The notes under the pieces were generated by a model. It worked only from the letters and a program-made list of their open reading frames with translations, did not search any database and was not told the DNA's origin. From assembly GCA_963724375.1 (NCBI GenBank), contig CAVRUM010000001.1, positions 1,251-65,250 of the forward strand: a DNA stretch of 64,000 nucleotides, written 5' to 3'. The translations under genes and the position numbers were made by a program. The stretch's first letter is position 1. Every line of letters starts with the position of its first letter. Below, in pieces: positions 54,115-63,621 of the stretch. The DNA comes from an uncultured Acidobacteriaceae bacterium (GTDB taxonomy: Bacteria; Acidobacteriota; Terriglobia; Terriglobales; Acidobacteriaceae).

Positions 54115-56421
54115 ATGGAAACGAAACAGTGCACGAGAAGGACATTCATCGCGGGAATGGGGGCGGCAGCGGCCGCATCGCTCGTTAAGCCAGCCTGGTC
54201 ACAAGCTGCTGGCGGTTCGCTAGGCGAATGGATCGATGGGAGCCAAGCCCTGCCGTGCTATTCCTATCGCGGGCCTATTCGTTTTTCCGATCACTACCAG
54301 CAGAAACCGATGTGGGGTCTCGATGGATGGATGCTTCCTGACGACCCGGTGTTCCTTCTCGGCAATCACCGCCTCACGCTGTTTACCCACGCAAGCGGAC
54401 ACATCCAGATATTGAGCGCTGAACGTGCGTGGGCCCGCCTGAACCAGGGCGAGGAGATATGGTCGGGAGCAAACAGCGCGACTTGCCTCGTCAACGGCAG
54501 CAAGCATGGACTAATTGGACTTGATGAACCAGCCGCCAAGGAGGCGGACAAGGTTTTCGGGGTGGGCTTTGCGCGCTATTCCTACCAGGTCGACCAAAGT
54601 CTGAAAATAGAACGATCGATTCACGTCAGACCTTCGACTGCGGCAGGCGAAGGTACCTCCGCATTCCTGTTGCAGGTCCGTTTTGAGAACATCAGCGGTG
54701 GACCGCTGGATGCCGAGTATGTCGAGACGGTGCTTGCGAACTACAGAATGCTGCCTTTCGAATCAATTCACGATCCGAAGGCGCCCGAATACACAGCGAG
54801 CCCCTTCGAGAACATCGGCACCGATGCGATTTGCGTTCGATTTGCTGCCCGCCCCCGGCATCCCATGACCTTTCCGCCCGCCGGACAGATGAATCCTTTC
54901 GAACAATACCCGCCGGCATTGTTCGTTCAGACAGCCGGCGACTCTTCCACCAAACCTTATGGCTCCAGCGACTCTTCCGGACGGTCGTCGATCGGCATTC
55001 GTTCACGCCTGTCACTCAGATCAGGTGAAGTTCGTGAGATTGGCTGCGTCTTCGGCTACACCCGCGACACTCCGACAGAGGGGATCGAACGACTTGCGCA
55101 GGAGCTCCAGCCTCAGTCTGGCGGTGGACCGGAAAACGGCTCCGCATTCATTACAGAATGGCGACGGGTCGTGCCGGAATTCGCCTCGGAACCCGATCCC
55201 CAGTTGCGCCGCGAAATGCAGTGGAACGCGGCAGTGCTTGAGGCCATGGCAAGCTGGCGAGAGTACTACAACGAAACCATTATCCCGCAGGGGTGCATGT
55301 ACGACTACGCGTGGGGAGTGTTCGCATCGAGCCGCGACATTGCACAACAGGCGCTACCGTTATGTCACACCAATCCTGCGTTAGCCCGGTCGACCCTTCG
55401 GTTCATCCTTAAGCGAACAGCCCCGGATGGGGAAGTCAAACTCATGGATCAGGGTTTCGGATGGGTGGCATCCACGCCTATGCAAACCAGCGATCAGCAG
55501 CTCTATTTCTTTCTTCTGCTTGCTGAATATCTTCGTGTTACCGGGGATATGGCGCTGCTCTCCGAAACAATCTGCTATTACCCTGCAGAGAATTCGGGAG
55601 TAGGAACCGTGCTAGCACACGTACGCCAGGCTTTTATATTCCTTCGCGACCGGATCAGCGTCGGCAGACACGGGCTTGTTCGCCTCTGGAACTCCGACTG
55701 GAACGATCTGTTCTATGCATGGGAGACAAAAGGGTCCTATAACTCCACGTTCGAAACCGCCGAGAGCTGCATGAATACGGCAATGGCGATCGTGATCCTT
55801 GGCGATCTGGCACCCCTGTTAAAGCGCGCAAACGATCCGGAGGGCGCTGAACTGGCCGCCGCAATGCTGGAGTACCGTGGCGAACTTCTTGAAGCATGGA
55901 TGCGCGATCTGGGAGACCGCCCGTTTCCACGCCGCGCCTGGACAGATTCGACAACATCTCTAGGCGAAGACAATATGTGGCTGGAGCCGCAGGGCTTCGC
56001 CCTCCTCATTCCTGAGATGGGCACGGAGCGCAAACGTGCGCTGCTGGCTGAGCTTCAAAGTCGACTGCTCGCGAGTGAAAAGATGGGTGCCCGTCAGATT
56101 GAAAAACCTCTTGTCCATCCTGGCACGCCGCAGGGATCGCGTGAAAATGGCGGCTTCTGGTATGCGCTCCACGGCCCCTTAGTGCTGGGCACCGCTACGA
56201 TCGATCGAGAGTTGGCTGAGAGCCTCTTGAAGCGGATGACTTTTGCCAACTATGCGAAGAATTTTCCTGAATATTGGACCGGAAGATGGAGCGCCTCCGA
56301 TTCTCTCGATTCGTCGCTGCTTCCGACCGAGGGGCTTGCGGCAAATATCACGTATTGCGCACACTCACACGCCTGGCCGCTTTACTGCTATGTACGCCTG
56401 CGAGAGGAAGCAAACGGCTGA
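54115..56421 (+). CDS. Tat-exported (alpha/alpha)6-barrel glycoside hydrolase/phosphorylase-like protein (GH94/GH15-clan-like)
   Basis: Twin-arginine signal METKQCTRRTFIAGMGAAAAASLVKPAWSQA. RLWNSDWNDLF resembles the catalytic DWND region of GH94-type enzymes. The family call is tentative. Confidence 0.5.
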   Translation: METKQCTRRTFIAGMGAAAAASLVKPAWSQAAGGSLGEWIDGSQALPCYSYRGPIRFSDHYQQKPMWGLDGWMLPDDPVFLLGNHRLTLFTHASGHIQILSAERAWARLNQGEEIWSGANSATCLVNGSKHGLIGLDEPAAKEADKVFGVGFARYSYQVDQSLKIERSIHVRPSTAAGEGTSAFLLQVRFENISGGPLDAEYVETVLANYRMLPFESIHDPKAPEYTASPFENIGTDAICVRFAARPRHPMTFPPAGQMNPFEQYPPALFVQTAGDSSTKPYGSSDSSGRSSIGIRSRLSLRSGEVREIGCVFGYTRDTPTEGIERLAQELQPQSGGGPENGSAFITEWRRVVPEFASEPDPQLRREMQWNAAVLEAMASWREYYNETIIPQGCMYDYAWGVFASSRDIAQQALPLCHTNPALARSTLRFILKRTAPDGEVKLMDQGFGWVASTPMQTSDQQLYFFLLLAEYLRVTGDMALLSETICYYPAENSGVGTVLAHVRQAFIFLRDRISVGRHGLVRLWNSDWNDLFYAWETKGSYNSTFETAESCMNTAMAIVILGDLAPLLKRANDPEGAELAAAMLEYRGELLEAWMRDLGDRPFPRRAWTDSTTSLGEDNMWLEPQGFALLIPEMGTERKRALLAELQSRLLASEKMGARQIEKPLVHPGTPQGSRENGGFWYALHGPLVLGTATIDRELAESLLKRMTFANYAKNFPEYWTGRWSASDSLDSSLLPTEGLAANITYCAHSHAWPLYCYVRLREEANG

Positions 56422-56490
56422 CCGTTCGGGTTGGGAATCTCTATCCCACGCAAGCCAATACTTTGGCGTGCAGGGCCGACTGGCCCGGAG

Positions 56491-57381
56491 TCAGCTCGGG
56501 TGGGACGGGATGGTCACGTCCTCCTGCAGAGTGAATTCGAGATATGTCTCACTCGGCACCCTGACCTGGTCTCCCCCAGTGACGATCTCCGACGCCGCGC
56601 CAGCCGCTGCGCCGGCGCCCGCACCGATTGCCGCCCCCTGGCCGCCGTCGGCGACGGCTCCGATGAGCGATCCCACCGCCGCTCCTTCGATGGTTCTCCT
56701 CGCCGTGCTCGCTCCGCGCGACTTGCCGGTAACTCCATATTCTCCCGTCACCACTCGTACGGTATGTCCATTAATCACGATTCCCGTTAGTTCCAGCCGC
56801 AGCTGCGACCTGCCGGTGAAGGTTCCGGACTGCTTGGCCTCCACCACGCGGCCGTAGACGTCAGCGTCCCTGGCGGCTACAACGACACCATCCACGACGA
56901 TCGGCTCCTGCAGCGAGGCCTCGAAGAGCGCTCCCGCCTGACCCTGCGAGGCGTCGATCTCGTTAACGGTGCGCACAGAAATGACGGTTCCGGCCGGGAT
57001 GGTCACGTTGGCCGGCTTCGCTTCGACATGCGCGACTGTGCCCGGATCGTCGGGAAGCGAACCGGAACTATTCGAAGGCGGCGTGGCGGGGGTTGGGCCT
57101 GAGGTTGCGTCTGGAGGGGGGGCCGGGGTTGTGATTGGGGGTGCCCCTGGGGTTGTGCTCGAGGTTGTGCCTTCGGAATCGAACTTAAGGGAAACGATGT
57201 CAGCGACGTTATATTTCTGAACCGTCGAGCCAACCTGGAAGCTGATCTCGACCTGAGTACCGCCCATGAACTTGCCCTTGATCAGGCTGCCGTTCTTCAG
57301 CTCCAACGTATCGGCGCAGGCAATCGACGCCGCCAGAGTCAGGGCTAGAACGAATCCGCATTTCAGGCTGAGCCTTGTCAT
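56491..57381 (-). CDS. Hypothetical secreted protein with Pro/Thr-rich linker and C-terminal glycine-zipper segment
   Basis: Signal peptide MTRLSLKCGFVLALTLAASIACA. Linker TTPGAPPITTPAPPPDATSGPTPATPP. Motif IPAGTVISVRTVNEIDAS. Gly-zipper GSLIGAVADGGQGAAIGAGAGAAAGAA. Confidence 0.6.
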   Translation of the reverse strand: MTRLSLKCGFVLALTLAASIACADTLELKNGSLIKGKFMGGTQVEISFQVGSTVQKYNVADIVSLKFDSEGTTSSTTPGAPPITTPAPPPDATSGPTPATPPSNSSGSLPDDPGTVAHVEAKPANVTIPAGTVISVRTVNEIDASQGQAGALFEASLQEPIVVDGVVVAARDADVYGRVVEAKQSGTFTGRSQLRLELTGIVINGHTVRVVTGEYGVTGKSRGASTARRTIEGAAVGSLIGAVADGGQGAAIGAGAGAAAGAASEIVTGGDQVRVPSETYLEFTLQEDVTIPSHPS

Positions 57382-57696
57382 GGTCTACACCTAAGATGTT
57401 CCTGCTTATCTCTCCGATTTATGAAATTGCAGCGCCGGTGGCGACTTATTTTGAATCGAGCATGAGGAAAAAACACGGCGACGTTTTCACAGTCGCCACC
57501 TCTGGATCAGAAGAGTACGCGCAACGATCCCCGGTTGCCAGCCAAATTCAGCCCGTGGGAGCAACTATGAAGTCAGGGCGTGGCTTCTTTTTTACCTTGA
57601 CAAGGTCTCGCACGCAGGCGGAGAGTTCCGGGGCGGCATCTATAGGCAATTCGACGAGCCGTATCCCCCGAAAAATAGAAATAGCGGAGAGAAAGA

Positions 57697-58095
57697 ATGC
57701 TCGGCGATTTAATCGGCGAAGGCAAAGGCAGGAGAGTTGTGCGGCGGATCCTGTCCATCGAACCACCAACAGCGGAAGTAACATTCGAGGCAGCGGGCAC
57801 ACTGCTGGGAGTTGCAACCAAGGAAACCGGAACTTATACCTCGGTGGTGCGCGCCGACGGATCCATTTTCGGAAACGGCCAGGGATTGGCGATCACCGCG
57901 GACGGCGACGGCATTACGTGGACGGGAACGGGCCTGGGCAAGTTCGGCCCCGGCGGCTCGGTCAGCTATCGCGGCATGATCTTCTTCCGAACGGATTCGC
58001 AGAAGATGGCGCGCATAAACAATGTGTGCGGAGCCTTCGAGTTTGAAACAGACCCCGATGGAAACACTACCAGTAAGCTCTGGGAGTGGAAATAG
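57697..58095 (+). CDS. Hypothetical cytoplasmic protein (132 aa)
   Basis: GGAGAG, 5 nt, then ATG. Balanced composition, unlike the Arg-rich overlapping ORF 57375..58046. No family recognised. Confidence 0.55.
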   Translation: MLGDLIGEGKGRRVVRRILSIEPPTAEVTFEAAGTLLGVATKETGTYTSVVRADGSIFGNGQGLAITADGDGITWTGTGLGKFGPGGSVSYRGMIFFRTDSQKMARINNVCGAFEFETDPDGNTTSKLWEWK

Positions 58096-58116
58096 GGACT
58101 GAGCCAGGCGGAAGAG

Positions 58117-58141
58117 CCCACGTCCGAAATCCGGACGTGGG
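58117..58141. terminator. Hairpin between convergent genes (CCCACGTCCG aaatc CGGACGTGGG)
   Basis: Perfect 10-bp stem with a 5-nt loop and no clear T-tract on either side. Confidence 0.5.
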
Positions 58142-58159
58142 GGACCCGCAATTAGTGAA

Positions 58160-59806
58160 TTACTTCGCCGCGAGTTGCTCTGAGGCGACGAAGCTCTTCG
58201 CGTGGGCCGTCTCGGGCCGCGAGGAGCTATCGCCGTTGCCGGTGGACTTGAGCAGGGCCGCGTAGTACTCGGACGCAGCACGCTTGTCTCCTGCGGCCTC
58301 GGCGGCATCTCCGGCATGGTAGAGGCCGTTAAAGCGATTCGGGCTCAGCTTCAGATCGATACGATATTCGGCGAGTGCCTGCTGCGGCTGGTGGAGTTCG
58401 AGGAGCATGTCGGCGAGCATTTCGCGCGCGGGGATATCGACCTCGCCCTGGCCGACCTTGTCCTGCAGATCGGCGGCGGCGCGCATTTCTTTGAGGGCCT
58501 CGTCCTGCTGGCCAGCGGCAAAGGCGGCCCAGCCGGCGATCTCGTGGCGGCTGATCTTGGCTCCGGTGGAGTCCGCCTCGAACGCGTGATCGCCTTTTTT
58601 GACCTCTACCATCAGGGCGTCATATTTCGTCAGATCGGCCTGCGCCTGCTCAGAGTGGCGGAGATGGCCATCGGCAATGGCCCTCGCCCACCAGGTCTGG
58701 GTTTCGACCCCGGGTGATGCGCCGGAGGGAGCCTTGAGAGCCGAGGCTGTCTGCCAGTCGCGCATCTCCAGGTTGTAGATGACCGGGAATTCGCTCCGGT
58801 AGTACGCCGCCATTCCGGCCATGTGCTGTGTATCCGGCATCGCGTCGATGCGGTCGAGCAGAGACGGCATCTTGTCGAGCACGCCTTTGGCGTTGGCGTC
58901 CTGCCCGCTCTGCAGATAGGCGTACATCAGGAAGTCGTAGGAGTGCGGCTCGTCCATGATGCCGCTCTCGCCGCGGGCTTCGGCTGCTTCAGAGGCTTTG
59001 ATGGATCCAAGCTGCGACTCGATGTCCTGCGGCCACAGGCCGAGGCGGGCGAAGATGTGTCCGGACATATGGACGGCGTGGGGGCCGGATGCGGCGATGA
59101 TGCCGTATCGCTCGGCGGCGGCAAGGCCGTCCTGAGCCATCGCCGGGTTGTCGCAGGAATGGATGATGTAATGCACCAGGCCGGGATTGTCGGGATATCT
59201 GGCGAAAAGAGGCGCAAGCACGGCCATCGCCTTGTGCTCCTGCGTGAGGCTGGTGTCGCCTGGTGCTGCGGAAGCGAGCAGTGACAGCGCGTAGAACGCG
59301 CCGGCATCGACGTCGTCGGGATAGTGCTTGTAGAGCGTACCCATAGCGTCGGAGTACGCGGTGACGCGCACCATGAAATCCTGCTTGCCGGGCTTGTAGA
59401 AGGTGGCAAGCGCGGCGATGTACTCCTGCTCACGCGGGGTCTTCGCGTGCAGCGACTGCGCCTTCTGCATCTCCGCCCAGCCGGTCTTCATGGCGTCCGG
59501 GTCCGGGCGGTCCCAGATCTGGTGGAACTGGCCCATGGCGAGCCCCCAGTGAGCCATCGCGCATCCGGGATCGGCCTTGAGGATCTGGTTGAACTGCGGG
59601 GCGACTTCCTCATACCAGAAGTCGTGCAGCAGGGCGACTCCCTGGTTGAAGTCGGCTTGCACTGAGGGCGCACAGGAGACGGAGAAGGAAACGGTGCCAA
59701 GCTTTGCATCGGCAGGAGGCGGAGCGGGTTGCATCGGCATGGAGTGCTGTGACTGGGCAAGAGCGGCGGAGGAAAGGATGAACAAACAAACGGCGGCGGC
59801 TTTCAT
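58160..59806 (-). CDS. Secreted TPR-like helical repeat protein (548 aa)
   Basis: ATG 59806 gives the signal peptide MKAAAVCLFILSSAALAQ. All-helical with TPR-like units (ALAEYRIDLKLSPNRFNGLYHAGDAAEAAGDKRAASEYYAALL). Confidence 0.65.
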   Translation of the reverse strand: MKAAAVCLFILSSAALAQSQHSMPMQPAPPPADAKLGTVSFSVSCAPSVQADFNQGVALLHDFWYEEVAPQFNQILKADPGCAMAHWGLAMGQFHQIWDRPDPDAMKTGWAEMQKAQSLHAKTPREQEYIAALATFYKPGKQDFMVRVTAYSDAMGTLYKHYPDDVDAGAFYALSLLASAAPGDTSLTQEHKAMAVLAPLFARYPDNPGLVHYIIHSCDNPAMAQDGLAAAERYGIIAASGPHAVHMSGHIFARLGLWPQDIESQLGSIKASEAAEARGESGIMDEPHSYDFLMYAYLQSGQDANAKGVLDKMPSLLDRIDAMPDTQHMAGMAAYYRSEFPVIYNLEMRDWQTASALKAPSGASPGVETQTWWARAIADGHLRHSEQAQADLTKYDALMVEVKKGDHAFEADSTGAKISRHEIAGWAAFAAGQQDEALKEMRAAADLQDKVGQGEVDIPAREMLADMLLELHQPQQALAEYRIDLKLSPNRFNGLYHAGDAAEAAGDKRAASEYYAALLKSTGNGDSSSRPETAHAKSFVASEQLAAK

Positions 59807-59956
59807 GGCATTCGCATTATAGGTGAGCGATGGTGAGAGACGATATGCTGCGAAAGCAGACAAGACCGGAGTTGGACTGCAAAGATAATGATGACCGGTA
59901 GCTCACAGAGGCAGTTCGCCTTTGAGAGCGCACGCGCAGAACGCAAAAGAGGCTCG

Positions 59957-60829
59957 ATGCCGCGATACGTGATGAAAACAGGCTTGATCGGCGCTGCCCT
60001 GATCGCAGCTCTGGCTCTGGCGCCGATCGGGGCTGGGCAGCAGCAAGAAACTCCGGCGCCGAAGACGGCTCCCGACTCGGTTCCGCGGACAGCTCCAAAG
60101 CCCACTCCCGAAAGTGATTCAGACGAGACGAGCACGACTGGTCCCATCATCATCGCTCCGCAGAGCTCGCGGGCAGGACGTGCATTATTCGACCAGAAGC
60201 GCTACGCCGAGGCGAAGCCATACCTCGAAAAAGCCTGCAACCTCGGCAACATGGACTCGTGCGGGCTGCTCAGCGACTTCTACTACTACGGGTACGGAGG
60301 CGTGACGCAGGACTACGAACAGGCTCGCGTTCTCGACAAGCAAGCCTGTGACGGAGGAAGCATCGAGAGCTGCGGGAATCTAGGGTCGCTCTACGAGAAA
60401 GGCCTGGGCGGAGCAAAGAACTACGCCGTTGCGCGTGCCCTTTATAAAAAGGCCTGTGCCGGCGGTTCGATGGCGAGATGTTCGTCCCTCGGCATGCTCT
60501 ATCTCAACGGCGAGGGAGGCGACCAGGACTACGGCCAAGCAAATGCTTTCTTCAGGAAAGCCTGCGATGGCGGGTTCCTGTTGGGATGCACCGGCCTGGG
60601 TTCGCTCTATCAGAACGGCCAGGGCACTTACCCCGATCTGGCGCAGGCGCGCGTATTGTACGAACACGCCTGCAACGGCGGAGAGATGGTCGGATGCAGC
60701 TGGCTCGGCCGGCTGTATGAAATCGGCCTGGGCGGCCCGCAGGACTTTGGGCAGGCGCGTGTCCTGTTCAAAAAGGCCTGCGACGGCGGATTCAAACCGG
60801 CCTGCGAAGACCTGGCCAAGCTGCCCTGA
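59957..60829 (+). CDS. Sel1-like repeat (SLR) protein, Hcp-like with Cys-bracketed repeats
   Basis: AAGAGG, 5 nt, then ATG 59957, with a signal peptide. Repeats of the form KACDGGSIESCGNLGSLYEKGLGGAKNYAVARALYKKAC, seven times. Confidence 0.85.
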   Translation: MPRYVMKTGLIGAALIAALALAPIGAGQQQETPAPKTAPDSVPRTAPKPTPESDSDETSTTGPIIIAPQSSRAGRALFDQKRYAEAKPYLEKACNLGNMDSCGLLSDFYYYGYGGVTQDYEQARVLDKQACDGGSIESCGNLGSLYEKGLGGAKNYAVARALYKKACAGGSMARCSSLGMLYLNGEGGDQDYGQANAFFRKACDGGFLLGCTGLGSLYQNGQGTYPDLAQARVLYEHACNGGEMVGCSWLGRLYEIGLGGPQDFGQARVLFKKACDGGFKPACEDLAKLP

Positions 60830-60865
60830 CAGAGCTCCCGAAGGAATTTGTACGTTCGGGAAGTC

Positions 60866-60895
60866 TTGACATATTCCCATATCAGCATGTATTGT
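60866..60895 (+). promoter_or_regulatory. sigma70-like promoter of the ArsR-family operon; predicts a leaderless mRNA
   Basis: TTGACA (60866-60871), an 18-nt spacer, TATTGT (60890-60895), then the ATG at 60903 only 7 nt downstream. No SD. Confidence 0.5.
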
Positions 60896-60902
60896 TCCCC
60901 TT

Positions 60903-61271
60903 ATGGCTCGCGCTGCAACTACTTCCGACGCCTTCAACGCAATCGCCGAACCGCGGCGGCGGGAGATTCTGAGCTATCTCGTGCTCAGGGAGCGGCAGGT
61001 GGGAGAAATCGTAGCCGCATTGAAGCTCGATCAGCCTTCGGTCTCGAAGCACCTGGGCGTGTTGCGCAGCGTGGGACTGGTCCATGTGCGCCGAAACGGG
61101 CGTCACCGGCTCTATCGCACGAACGCGGCGGCGATCCGCCCGCTGCATGAGTGGGCCAGCACCTTTGAACGCTACTGGCAGCACACCCTTGTCCGCGTGA
61201 AGGAGCGGGCTGAGGCCAAAATGGGCAGCAACACCGAATCCGATTGCAATAGGGAAAAGGAGAAACCATGA
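60903..61271 (+). CDS. ArsR/SmtB family transcriptional regulator
   Basis: FNAIAEPRRREILSYL...ERQVGEIVAALKLDQPSVSKHLGVLRSVGLVHVRRNGRHRLY. Confidence 0.9.
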   Translation: MARAATTSDAFNAIAEPRRREILSYLVLRERQVGEIVAALKLDQPSVSKHLGVLRSVGLVHVRRNGRHRLYRTNAAAIRPLHEWASTFERYWQHTLVRVKERAEAKMGSNTESDCNREKEKP

Positions 61272-61720
61272 CGTTGACCGCATCCGAAGTTGAAGACCTC
61301 TCCCTGCTTGTGGAGCAGGAGATCTATGTCGATGCGCCGCCCGATGTGACCTTTGATGCGCTAATTGAGCAGCTTGGCCCCGGCAACGAAAGGTCCGACG
61401 GCACACCCATGCCATTCAAGCTTGAGGCGTGGCCAGGCGGACGCTGGTTCCGCGACCTCGGCGATGACAACGGCCACTTCTGGGCCAACGTACAGGCGAT
61501 TAAGCGGCCCACGCTGCTCGAGTTTTCCGGGCCGCTGTTCATGTCGCATCCGGTGACCAACAACCTGCAATACCGTCTTAGCCCTGAAGGCAACGGCACA
61601 CTGATCAAATTCCGCCACTCCGGCTTCGGACTGGTGCAGGAAGAGCAGAAGCGCGGCGTGGTGGAAGGCTGGAGCCATATCCACCAGAAGATTCGCGAGC
61701 GCGCTGAGAAGTCACGCTGA
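61268..61720 (+). CDS. SRPBCC (AHSA1/START-like) domain protein
   Basis: 4-nt overlap with the ArsR gene, which is a typical ArsR-SRPBCC pairing. Motifs PGGRWFRDLGDDNGHFWANVQAIKRP and GWSHIHQKIRERAE. Confidence 0.7.
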   Translation: MTLTASEVEDLSLLVEQEIYVDAPPDVTFDALIEQLGPGNERSDGTPMPFKLEAWPGGRWFRDLGDDNGHFWANVQAIKRPTLLEFSGPLFMSHPVTNNLQYRLSPEGNGTLIKFRHSGFGLVQEEQKRGVVEGWSHIHQKIRERAEKSR

Positions 61721-61740
61721 ACGCAGGAAGGAGAATCGTC

Positions 61741-62286
61741 ATGTTGACGATACAATCCGCTTCATCCATCGCAGAATCGTTACTGGCAGAGTTCCAAACA
61801 CAGGCGCCTATAACACGCAGATTCCTCGAGCGGCTGCCCGAGGACAAGCTCGGCTGGAAGCCGCACCCGAGATCGATGACCGCAGGGCAGCTTGCATATC
61901 ATCTTGCCTCTGTGCCCGGGGGAATTGTTCGCTTTGTGCAGAACAATCCGGCGCAGGCTCCGCAGGCTTTCAACTTTCCGCAGCCCGCGAGCATCCAGGA
62001 GATTCTCGAGAAGTTCGACGAGAGCGTCGTGATCGTGCGGGAGACTTTGCCGCAGTTCGATGATGAAGCGATGAACGAGACCTGGCGCCTCGTATCCGGG
62101 AACGGGGAGGTTCTGGTTCTGGCTCAGCCACGGCGACTGTTCCTGCGCGACATCATGCTCAGTCACTGGTATCAGCATCGCGGCCAGTTCTGTGTTTATC
62201 TGCGCCTGCTCGACATCGCGGTGCCGGCGAGCTGGGGACCGAGCGCAGACGAACCGCCGCCGTTCATGCAGAACACGCAGGCCTGA
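61741..62286 (+). CDS. DinB superfamily (DinB_2-like) protein
   Basis: LERLPEDKLGWKPHPRSMTAGQLAYHLA ... LSHWYQHRGQF are the conserved His positions of DinB-fold proteins. Confidence 0.7.
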   Translation: MLTIQSASSIAESLLAEFQTQAPITRRFLERLPEDKLGWKPHPRSMTAGQLAYHLASVPGGIVRFVQNNPAQAPQAFNFPQPASIQEILEKFDESVVIVRETLPQFDDEAMNETWRLVSGNGEVLVLAQPRRLFLRDIMLSHWYQHRGQFCVYLRLLDIAVPASWGPSADEPPPFMQNTQA

Positions 62287-62448
62287 AGGGACAGCGAAAA
62301 GACGGTATGTGTCCCGTATGCATCGCGGCAGCAGCAGTGATCGCCGGTAGCGCCACCGGAACCGGCGGCCTTGCTGCATTTCTCGGACGCACGATTTTCA
62401 TGGGCAAAAAGACGCTCAACACGGCAAGCAACAAAACGGAGGGTAAAG

Positions 62449-63273
62449 ATGGCAACGACAACGGCAGGAGTGAAGCATCCGAAGGTGGTTTCGGCGGACG
62501 AATGGCTCGCGGCACGCAAACAGCTGCTGATCAAAGAGAAAGAGTTTACCCGGCTGCGCGACGAGCTGAGCCGCCAGCGTCGCGAACTGCCCTGGGAAAA
62601 AGTCGAGAAGAGCTATGAGTTTGAGGGTCCGAACGGCCGCGTCGTGCTGGGCGATCTCTTCGGCACCCGCAGCCAGCTTGTCATTTATCACTTCATGCTG
62701 GGCCCAGGATGGAAAGAGGGCTGCCCGAGCTGCTCCTACCTTTCCGACCATTTCGATGGCATGACAATCCATTTGGCCAACCGTGACGTGACCTTTGCTG
62801 TGGTTTCGCATGCGCCTTTCGCGGAGATCAAGGCGTTCAAACAGCGGATGGGTTGGCGCTTCCCCTGGTACTCGTCTTTCGGGAGCGATTTCAACTACGA
62901 CTACCAAGTGTCGTTGAGGCCCGATGAGCAGGGCAACGCGCAGGTTTACTACAACTACGAAATGATGGGGTTTCCCCCTGAAGAGCGTCCCGGGCTCAGT
63001 GTTTTCTTGAAGGACCCGGGTGGCGAGATCTTTCATACCTACTCGACCTACGCGCGCGGGCTCGACATTCTGGTGGGCACCTACAACGTGCTCGATATGG
63101 TTCCGAAGGGCCGCGACGAAGACGAACTCAACTTTACGATGGCCTGGGTGCGGCATCACGACAAGTATGACGATGGCTACGTTGTCGATCCGGACCAGTC
63201 TTACGTGCAGCCGGAGAAGGTCCAGAGCAAGGCCGGCGGGGCGTCGTGCTGCTCCGGCGAGCACCACGACTGA
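62449..63273 (+). CDS. DUF899 thioredoxin-like family protein
   Basis: GGAGGG, 6 nt, then ATG 62449. EWLAARKQLLIKEKEFTRLRDELSRQRRELPW, LVIYHFMLGPGWKEGCPSCS, FPWYSS. Confidence 0.8.
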   Translation: MATTTAGVKHPKVVSADEWLAARKQLLIKEKEFTRLRDELSRQRRELPWEKVEKSYEFEGPNGRVVLGDLFGTRSQLVIYHFMLGPGWKEGCPSCSYLSDHFDGMTIHLANRDVTFAVVSHAPFAEIKAFKQRMGWRFPWYSSFGSDFNYDYQVSLRPDEQGNAQVYYNYEMMGFPPEERPGLSVFLKDPGGEIFHTYSTYARGLDILVGTYNVLDMVPKGRDEDELNFTMAWVRHHDKYDDGYVVDPDQSYVQPEKVQSKAGGASCCSGEHHD

Positions 63274-63325
63274 CGCGCCGCATAGATGAGGTGGGGCGCT
63301 TTCGCCCGGAATCGGGTTCGGCAGG

Positions 63326-63589
63326 TTAGAGTCCTGCCCGTCGCAGGAGGCGCTGGTTGTAGCTGTGCGCGGCCCAGGCTCCCCAGATCATGGAAACAGG
63401 CCAGATAAGGAAGGCTGCGTGCCCCAGGGTGACGATAAAAGCGGGGACGGAGAGAACGATCATCACCAGCGCGCCCCAGATGGTGCTATAGAGCATGCCG
63501 AGTGGTCCGAAGAAGAAGGTGAGCACGAGGGAGAGAAGGACGCTCTTGGTATTCGCAATGATGACGGTCGGCGGCGGGTATTGGCTCAT
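63326..63589 (-). CDS. Small integral membrane protein (87 aa, two or three TM helices)
   Basis: AGGAGG, 6 nt, then ATG 63589. VLLSLVLTFFFGPLGMLYSTIWGALVMIVLSVPAFIV. The longer ORF-track N-terminus is Arg/His-rich and implausible. Confidence 0.6.
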   Translation of the reverse strand: MSQYPPPTVIIANTKSVLLSLVLTFFFGPLGMLYSTIWGALVMIVLSVPAFIVTLGHAAFLIWPVSMIWGAWAAHSYNQRLLRRAGL

Positions 63590-63621
63590 GTGTCGGCCTC
63601 CTGGCGCTGTGTAGTTCGAAG

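Noticed and set aside
57375-58046. A 223-aa plus-strand ORF overlapping the 132-aa gene.
   Set aside because: Arg-rich, non-native composition, starting inside the neighbouring gene's 5' end. The alternative frame (57697..58095) has an SD and a balanced composition.
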